From a virus (lineage: Duplodnaviria; Caudoviricetes): DNA of 53,279 bases. The DNA is taken from positions 1 through 53,279 of the IMG/VR virus record IMGVR_UViG_3300017705_001145. One strand, written 5' to 3'. The notes below the pieces were generated by a model. The model saw nothing but the letters and a program-made list of their open reading frames with translations. It did no database searches and was not told where the DNA came from. This document shows positions 49,001 through 53,279 of this stretch, piece after piece. Each line of letters starts with the position of its first letter. The first letter of the stretch is position 1. A program made the translations under genes and the position numbers.

Positions 49001-49051
49001 TCAATAACCACCTTTAATCCTATTTATAGTGAAGAAAAGGATAAAACATAA
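40082..49051 (+). CDS. Giant 2989-aa baseplate/tail protein with LamG (concanavalin-like) domain(s) and a wedge-like motif
   Basis: TIEFWLK, DGNWHHYAL, FSGSLDELRYW and YYKFNEG (LamG); IYKSKGTEKAFRNLFHCFG resembles the KGT motif of gp7/P2 gpI-type wedge proteins. Confidence 0.7.
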   Translation: MSLKDLFKEDKNLKSFEPLSKSDFDTEIESFDYADAVRKRDERYLATEKFYNPVNFARFGSAEKYYEDSIKRIYNTYPYDGSLKEKVLWEVSSSLLDLYLFENGYPRTTGYANFLTSVATSGEEGSDYYPPSGDDEYILAIGGPHAGQGNSLYYDPIQKEMVYRQDANVWDTDNNRENNLKIGGDDGNTIEFWLKKDAYVTDQDYFEFIFDAHVTGTVETELGYGRFNIALATTGTVGNTSDQAIAFAYASGTTSIAAPMAYIGSTSLTTGTIADGNWHHYALRLKSSGTDTIADLFVDGIYNDTTVASNNINYVSGAIVATVGSMAAPIDSGPTYGERGWSKFSGSLDELRYWKTWRTSKQIQRYWFDQVGGGTNTDLSNTDLGVYYKFNEGIVGDAATDSIVLDYSGRVSNGAWAGYDSSSRTIGSAITDSNSSKFEFNDPIIYSTHSDVSSYLANMKGSGSVHDKTNANSMLSYIPNWIIQENETDHDLADKNHLLNLLQIISSYFDEASTLLQKLPQLTHKKYYTSGSSPPPFNKFALESAGFAVPDIFINSTLLEKFENRDDEIKFETSLQEVKNIIYQNIYNNLDFIYKSKGTEKAFRNLFHCFGFGDDTLKFNIYANNSNYKLEENLKFVTKAKNYINFNDVENADASVYQYQIDSNSTSYISASQDFTSGEETEGLAFTLESNVLLPNRVSIDSYSTVKKGYENKIANIYPLITDSSLFGLHTADGETENDLTWNTNDYANFQVLTVKDDKFSSNAYFKLTGSAGGFIPSLTSSIFEDVYDEQLWTIAVTVKPGDYPQTNEVDGSADGEDTYTVQFYGVNHMADYKAQSFSVTGTMTRDEGRKFLASHKRVYVGAHRTNFTGSLLHSSDIKVNSCKAWMKDISTDTLDLHNKKIGNYGSDSPTNSAFLYQDSINDLNVPENETLALLWDFSQVTASNAVGQFSVEDETSGSADDERYGWFSGVVSRRHTASGSFFDTTSTNVVESLERSTYQSQVPEVLNDSNLVRVLSQDDEFFNRNTRPTTYHMSIEKNMFQDISEDMLNMFGSAVYFNNLIGDPVNLYRGEYKELKKAADLYFEKVDNDYDFDKYIEYFKFIDYAVSRYIAKLIPASMNTFKDGISTIVENFALGDRSKYQNKFPIIKDVKPKKIEGLMIGHSLPPKFAWKELHAPLPQSPLNEDENCIWWKERAKKTQTEISSSNAFVNADKQQIQNVINNLTNFPATTLSGTEGTYEASTYVLRKQGKPVRYSVDETETYHGGTNFNKGRRIDYWANGYRTDLLATTYAFIDENDYIATASCDDIVKPNQKVFRHYFFNNDDIRSNITSPFNIISSSLDTVGVYGADSDLQIVNLHYDTYGDSPATPLQGPFTDAHVGGHQRSHITFNTGSDTIANRPEHFRLVPRGGTDTLYVYGADQDNAGDPNVNLPRADFLRDGTSKRPVNIANIQSLTGTRILGNYNQAYDIVMTNGRSINNKFMVRSEGDIVTSSADSYYLSGVVDFVLPQRNLTGSNQYIIVNRFSAPGDPATMAEGMLDVTSGEYSVYNALPWRNLSVITPMNELLSDHCKQFGYFSDAFDSASYVLAGETYPGTSGSVSELNYEGSASFHKVNRNTRKVLQYTDEYTGDAGTVITASFHDNAFVTHLIPQSDMQYAWITASAEDVILGYETRDLDRKDYASSDIIFTTASSLVLTWDGGLADPYFGVDERDQGELLDGQWNFDFVGLNYVTVDPLSLSSNTIGFEYNTPISNYISGAAIVKAEALAGAVNFSNGAGTTAILNALLLHRTGPYGGANWKLYKKDAHPIVRHQRNNNIIGTPVGKVVGISSFGGGILPTFKVANDYEILNFTEPVITSKFKPLIYSLSSSEGKGVENVVSSLGNLQGHFTNHTQGPDRKNLNILLPTGKSRDNIKKITYSPYSAFKLYIEKYNNKEDVQVVYSETIYPKEQYTYLSGTRKRIDFINDFWRDDRDDRTSLNYDNSAANSIDIASIWKLDAHTNFVDSYINVPYSGGMPTEDGAGELQNCYSLFHYAASAGGGLRSDILSAVNYNRRIKLIYPVRTDLITIVPTDFYLAQNAIPSSRMPSFSDLTDSSNPSRFSASVGDTLWEVTTSAGEKPFYDSYDDYAEEGFRSMKDGTILPEYRISEKIDDFVSLGTSLEYSSYSPLSFFDKEKINGNTLKIETGAMSLTGSQVASTDITNFLERHVFSDFYEYFNFVETDYTYDPPQSEGIKEDVGQLTKHKLACDAILKFLPYDGFYPSERTLQLGSLFSQSLNNVSLSGDDGNLRTLMQPYFAPGVLFNSIKSGIAVDYPVANSATSLSQTSSLIWGTCISGNFDSRYNMDSLIEPKFSLVYDAETDSDLNLDSTASFKGKLDSQYTFAMSNFLAATMDTFIGKDYYSSINSAWFDSGDSIIPTQDGTYTMDIVLRNSTNIDTDSEFETAKTNMINVIDPDSGSPPTVVYPSLTSSLQVNTSSITMYDRAITGYNIDPFLYGSSFGPPVHSGEIAATLEGSPVNVYITASGQPHGTSFDPFTPSYYNGYSRARISVTLEANEYYDLPQLVSMMSHSYDRINTFLYPAFPQSLDSAAEATVAQAVNEIYSTTAYKNAMQLSASLFLGDANPNQIIFEKEMRKTPQSPDTVKRQTISFRPRFECPVLDFEDTSPTSGYLNGNVAKGMWHQYGEIITGQGIQLEVKEPENISLSLARLLKINVKASQKIGKIEGDNNATFSEAIVAIPFKYDNLKKETVLYDVDTTLTKNIKDKLYFDDSKRLDPFSPVASFEEVQTANEAIEKFQSNFGESAIQNKHTDKELYDLFMMMRKYVIPPHLDFLHNKNTNPFVMFMMEFELDLNQTDLQNVWQNVEPTFAKKAIRTRTETNSHSLPGNIIQGAMATNNKDPFFATDVFKSQDTRWAVFKVKKRAKTNFNAAVGKTKDGFTRRDLTGPGQTDEFLYSYNWPHDFYSLIELAKIDSITTFNPIYSEEKDKT

Positions 49052-50217
49052 TGGAGTTTTTTGATAAAAAACAAGACGTTATAGACTTACAACTCACCAA
49101 TTATGGTAAGCAGTTGCTGTCTCGGGGTCTCTTTAAACCATCTTATTATGCTTTTTCCGACGATGGTGTTATATATGACAATAGATGGGTAAGCGGTACT
49201 GTCGGAGAAGAACAACAATCAAAAGCAGAAAGAAGAATTCAAGAAGATACACCTCGTCTAAAAACACAGTATACGAAGGTTGGAGCCGAAAGAGGAATCA
49301 ACAACATTTTTAATTCCGCCCCCGGCACCTCTCAAAAACAAAACATAATCGATTTATTTGAATTCACTAGTGAACAAGATTACATAGACCAGCTAGCTAA
49401 AGCCAATGCGAGTCCTTTGTTCGCAGAAACAGAAAAGCTACTAGAAAACGTTTTAGGTACCAAAAAATATTTTAACAATTATAACGTTGCTTGGAACATT
49501 TTATTTTACAATGGCTTAATAAGTGATTCTACTCCATATTATCAAAAAGATGATATAACGACTTTAGTTCCTCAAATCAATTGCTCTCTAAGTGACGTGG
49601 CTTATAAAGTAGAACTTGATTTTGATGTGTTCGAAGATATCAAAGAAGTCAAAAATATAATGGAAAAAATAGCCCAAACCGACGTCGGAGACTTCGATTC
49701 TCACGCCGGAGAGCTTCTTGACGATGAAGACGACGAGTTAATGGATCCCGGTGGCCACGCCGAAGGGGCACTTCCCGATACATCGGATGCTTTTTTTGAA
49801 TATTGGGAACTCGACGACGGTGCAGTTTTCTTTAAAAAGGATTTTTTGTTTCTTTCCGTAGAGGAATTAAACTCACAATATTCCGACGACAATTTTTCTA
49901 TAGAGGTTTTTGAAATTACCGAAGCTGCTAAAGAAGGGGATAAACAAGAAATGAAAAAGATGTATTTTTCTGAGCTTTCTAACGTCCCAACCGCCGGATC
50001 AGATTCTTCTCTTGCTGTTGAAAACGTTTTTGAAATTTTAATGGATAGAGAAATAGATAATGAACTTGCATGCTCTCTTATAGGCTTCGATAAACAGCTT
50101 AAAGCACAAAGCGTTTATAATACTAACATCTATGATTGTACGCCATTCTCTGACGACGTAGCAATCTCCGATCCTTATGATAATCTACCGCCAGTTGATG
50201 CAGAGGATGTTTGCTAA
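49051..50217 (+). CDS. Putative baseplate/tail-associated structural protein
   Basis: N-terminal IDLQLTNYGKQLLSRG...YAFSDD; acidic; TAATG coupling on both sides. Confidence 0.6.
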   Translation: MEFFDKKQDVIDLQLTNYGKQLLSRGLFKPSYYAFSDDGVIYDNRWVSGTVGEEQQSKAERRIQEDTPRLKTQYTKVGAERGINNIFNSAPGTSQKQNIIDLFEFTSEQDYIDQLAKANASPLFAETEKLLENVLGTKKYFNNYNVAWNILFYNGLISDSTPYYQKDDITTLVPQINCSLSDVAYKVELDFDVFEDIKEVKNIMEKIAQTDVGDFDSHAGELLDDEDDELMDPGGHAEGALPDTSDAFFEYWELDDGAVFFKKDFLFLSVEELNSQYSDDNFSIEVFEITEAAKEGDKQEMKKMYFSELSNVPTAGSDSSLAVENVFEILMDREIDNELACSLIGFDKQLKAQSVYNTNIYDCTPFSDDVAISDPYDNLPPVDAEDVC

Positions 50218-53200
50218 TGATAAAAGGCCTAGACGCAACCCCCAAACCATGCATTAATAATGTCTTGATTGAAGCCGCTAAACAAAAAGAATATACCCCA
50301 AAGGGCTATATCGATTTATATACGGATTCTAATTCTCAAGCGGCTACGTCCAAAAATCCGAATGCCAAACATTCTATTAGAATAACTTTGACGTGCGCAC
50401 TCAAGTCTTTGTTCTCTTCCAAGTCGCTTGACGTCGCAAAAAAAGCAAAACTAACAAAGTCTTATAAAGGGATATTATCGAAAATACATTTGGTCACTAG
50501 AGAATTTACTTCCAAGGGCGAGTATACAAAATTTTTAACCGCTGCTGATAGAGTTTCTTTTTTAAAATCAAAAAAATCATTTTTAGATCACTCCACCAAC
50601 GTCCCTAACATAGCCAACCTAGCCGATTATACTTACACCGAAGATGGAAAAGAATATATAAATATACCAATAACTTACTCAGTTTACCACAATCTTAGCT
50701 CAGAAGGTGCAACACCGGGCTTTTTAGCATATGTTGTTAGTGTTGAATCTAACGGCACCATTCTACCCGGACAAATAACCAGCGAAGTCATCTTTGATGG
50801 AGGCAATATCCCCGAAAAAACAGGATATTTCAGAATCTCAGATTCATATGAAGACGGTGCGCAAGGTGGGCAAATTGGTTCAATTTACGGTGGCCCGGGC
50901 GACATTTGGGTGGGTGCTTATCATTTTAAGCCGACAGGGGGTGAAAATTATCGTGCTATGGCCGGATCCAAACATGATCCGGATATTTCCCATCCTTATT
51001 TAGATTTTGTTATTACATCGAATAATAAAATTTTAGATGCCCGGGCCACCTCAGAAATAGAAAGTTTGTTTACATATAAATCGAGTGACTTTCAAAATGC
51101 ACAAAAGAATATAGCTTCTGTGATTTATAGCGGCCTTAAAAAGAAAAATACGGTTGATGAATACGTAGCCAATAAAGGAATTGTTTCTGAAATTTTTTAT
51201 TCGATTGATCCGGCCGATACTGAAAAAAAAGGGTTAAACAATAATAATTTGTTTTTTGCAATTGATAAAATGAAATTGTTGAAAGAGAACACTAAGCTCC
51301 CGGGCCTATTGGACAATTTAATCACAGCCAACGGCGGTATCGGAACCAAATTGGCGGCCAGTATCAGTATATTTTATTTTGAAATATCAAAAATTAATAA
51401 ACAGACCGGCGTAAAACAAACATTAATAACCGGAAATAATGATACTAGCTTTAGCGATATCGGTGAAACAACCTATTTGCGCAACAAAAAAGAAAAAGGC
51501 TATAAATTAAGAAAGAGAACTTCTAAAATATTTGTTGACAATAAAACAAATGTTGATTTTTATGATTTTAGAGATGCAGTAATTGATAAATATGATGGCG
51601 CCGCGTATGAATACGAGATTAAACTTAAGTTTAAAGATCCGATGCTGCTTTATCTTACTCAAAAACTATCGCAGACAAGAAGAGCCATGGCTAATATCAC
51701 TGAACTTCAGACAAAATTCACTTATAAGTTTTATGATAAATCTAAAAATAAGCACACTAGTGTTTTTGACGTCCATCAAAATAGAATAAATAAGGAATTT
51801 CTAAAAGAAAGATTGGAAGGGACGCCCCAAATCCCTTTTACTTTTCCCTTTTCGGCTAATAATATTCCAGCTAGCATAGAGCATGCATTTCCTCCACCCG
51901 GTTCTCTTTATTTCCTTTCATTCGAAAGCTTAAATTCTTTACTTTTTGGCTTGAATGTAACCAACGATCTGCAGCCGATCAGTGATTATCTTTCTCTTGG
52001 GGGCGAAGCAGGCATAACCCAGCTAAACGAATATATAAGAAAATCACTGAAGCTAACAACCACAACGCCATCTTTGATCGGTAGAGTTCTTTCTCTACTT
52101 TCTTTAATAGAGAATAAATTGGAAGAGATGCTAATGTTATATACAACAGAGAAAATGACCAAAAAATCATCCGGATACACATCGACCGACCATGAAAAAT
52201 CCCTTGGAAATACAGCATCCACCGCAGAACATGTTCTAGAGTTTACTCATAGGTTTAAAAAGCCGTTAGTTCTTTCAAAAACAAAAAATAGTTTTAATTG
52301 GGTTAATACCCTTAATGCCGGAAAAGCAGATACTATAAAAACAGTTTCTAGAGATTCTTATATCGCATCGATACAGGCGATAGGAGGCATGCTCTTATCC
52401 GACAAAGGTAAAGAAAAGTTCGGTGCAGCAACATCCTTTAGTTATTCCTTTTTACCGTATTCTGGAAAGACTCTGGAATTATTTAATAGTTCAGAACCGG
52501 GATACAAAACAAAGCATATGCAAACAATCAAAAAAATGTTAACCAGTGAAGTATCGGATACGCCAGAGTCAGTTGTAACTCCCGAAGTATTGGCTCAATT
52601 TGGCATGCGCTTCCCAACATCTATTAAAGAAGCGCTATCGGTCAACTCAGATACAATGGCTAAAGCTCTTAGTTTAATTTCATTTAAAGATAACTTTGGT
52701 GAGCCATACGAAGCACAACCACAAAAACGATCTACCGGAGATCAAAATGATAGTTTTAATAATTCTTTTGGCGAAACAAGAGATCCCAAATATGATTGGG
52801 CTGGCGATTCTTTAGACAACTATCCATTACCATTGGCCGATTCGCTAATCAACATGATCTTTTCCGATAATACTAAAAGGTCCAGGGATTTAAACTATTT
52901 TAATAAACACTATGTTAATACAACACCCGATGTGTTCCAAAATAAAGAATTACCTTATTTGATTAATCTGTTTTCGACAGCAGCAATATCTAGCCCGACA
53001 TCTATAAAAGAAAATTTTAGTCCCGGTGGTCAAGCTCTATATAAAGCTCTCTTCTCAGAAGAAGATGGAAAATTAAAAATAAATAATTATGCTTTATATG
53101 TTACACTGTTTGGGCTATATGGTAGAGTACACTATTTAAAAGGATTTGAACAAAGATCTCAGAGCAACAAACTGACTCCATCTTCGTTTAAAAACACGAA

Positions 53201-53279
53201 TATGATTAAGTCTGCACAATGGACTCCCGTTACAAAAGAAGTCCTAGACAGTTTAGCGATGAATCAATCACTTTTTTGC
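50217..53279 (+). CDS. Large hypothetical, probably structural, protein; 3'-truncated by window (>1020 aa)
   Basis: ATG at 50217 overlaps the TAA of the previous gene (MIKGLDATPKPCINNVLIE...); the same frame reads WTPVTKEVLDSLAMNQSLFC at the window edge; spot-checked, not read codon by codon; absent from the ORF track, consistent with no stop. Confidence 0.8.
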   Translation, partial: MIKGLDATPKPCINNVLIEAAKQKEYTPKGYIDLYTDSNSQAATSKNPNAKHSIRITLTCALKSLFSSKSLDVAKKAKLTKSYKGILSKIHLVTREFTSKGEYTKFLTAADRVSFLKSKKSFLDHSTNVPNIANLADYTYTEDGKEYINIPITYSVYHNLSSEGATPGFLAYVVSVESNGTILPGQITSEVIFDGGNIPEKTGYFRISDSYEDGAQGGQIGSIYGGPGDIWVGAYHFKPTGGENYRAMAGSKHDPDISHPYLDFVITSNNKILDARATSEIESLFTYKSSDFQNAQKNIASVIYSGLKKKNTVDEYVANKGIVSEIFYSIDPADTEKKGLNNNNLFFAIDKMKLLKENTKLPGLLDNLITANGGIGTKLAASISIFYFEISKINKQTGVKQTLITGNNDTSFSDIGETTYLRNKKEKGYKLRKRTSKIFVDNKTNVDFYDFRDAVIDKYDGAAYEYEIKLKFKDPMLLYLTQKLSQTRRAMANITELQTKFTYKFYDKSKNKHTSVFDVHQNRINKEFLKERLEGTPQIPFTFPFSANNIPASIEHAFPPPGSLYFLSFESLNSLLFGLNVTNDLQPISDYLSLGGEAGITQLNEYIRKSLKLTTTTPSLIGRVLSLLSLIENKLEEMLMLYTTEKMTKKSSGYTSTDHEKSLGNTASTAEHVLEFTHRFKKPLVLSKTKNSFNWVNTLNAGKADTIKTVSRDSYIASIQAIGGMLLSDKGKEKFGAATSFSYSFLPYSGKTLELFNSSEPGYKTKHMQTIKKMLTSEVSDTPESVVTPEVLAQFGMRFPTSIKEALSVNSDTMAKALSLISFKDNFGEPYEAQPQKRSTGDQNDSFNNSFGETRDPKYDWAGDSLDNYPLPLADSLINMIFSDNTKRSRDLNYFNKHYVNTTPDVFQNKELPYLINLFSTAAISSPTSIKENFSPGGQALYKALFSEEDGKLKINNYALYVTLFGLYGRVHYLKGFEQRSQSNKLTPSSFKNTNMIKSAQWTPVTKEVLDSLAMNQSLFC

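Noticed and set aside
27346-49051. Inteins or introns explaining the two ~3000-aa ORFs
   Set aside because: No intein terminal motifs, homing-endonuclease motifs or frame interruptions were recognised by eye
724-52222. Dozens of 60-150 aa minus-strand and alternate-frame ORFs in the track
   Set aside because: They lie within long, motif-bearing + strand genes, lack recognisable motifs and look like antisense or frame shadows
1-53279. Stop-codon reassignment (alternative genetic code), as seen in some large phages
   Set aside because: Standard-code ORFs tile the window densely, including two 9-kb ORFs, and TAA, TAG and TGA all end genes

Overview
This window is a gene-dense, AT-rich fragment of a large myovirus-type (jumbo-like) bacteriophage genome. 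It reads in the standard code and almost entirely on the + strand. (1) 1-10.5 kb holds host-takeover and accessory genes: a KxDG ligase-fold/HIGH-type nucleotidyltransferase fusion, a Fis-like HTH gene whose stop codon lies inside a complete phage tmRNA (tag ANNNVELDYALAA), an archaeal-type (class II) GAPDH, a trypsin-like protease, PIN-PhoH, a zincin and a Cas4-like nuclease. (2) 10.5-22.2 kb is an 11-gene glycosylation island with GT4, GT2 and GT47 enzymes, methyltransferase domains and an RmlB-FdtA-FdtB-like aminodideoxysugar pathway. (3) 22.2-24 kb encodes an FmdB zinc ribbon and a gp55-like sigma factor. (4) 24-53.3 kb is a contractile-tail baseplate module: gp5-like hub with an M15 peptidase, spike-like protein, 3001-aa giant, gp25, gp6, 2989-aa LamG/wedge-like giant and others. 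The most striking feature is the CDS/tmRNA overlap. RNase P maturation of the tmRNA would cut the upstream mRNA exactly at a codon boundary and remove its stop codon, which predicts a self-tagging, ArfA-like regulatory circuit. All calls come from motif reading by eye; no searches were run.
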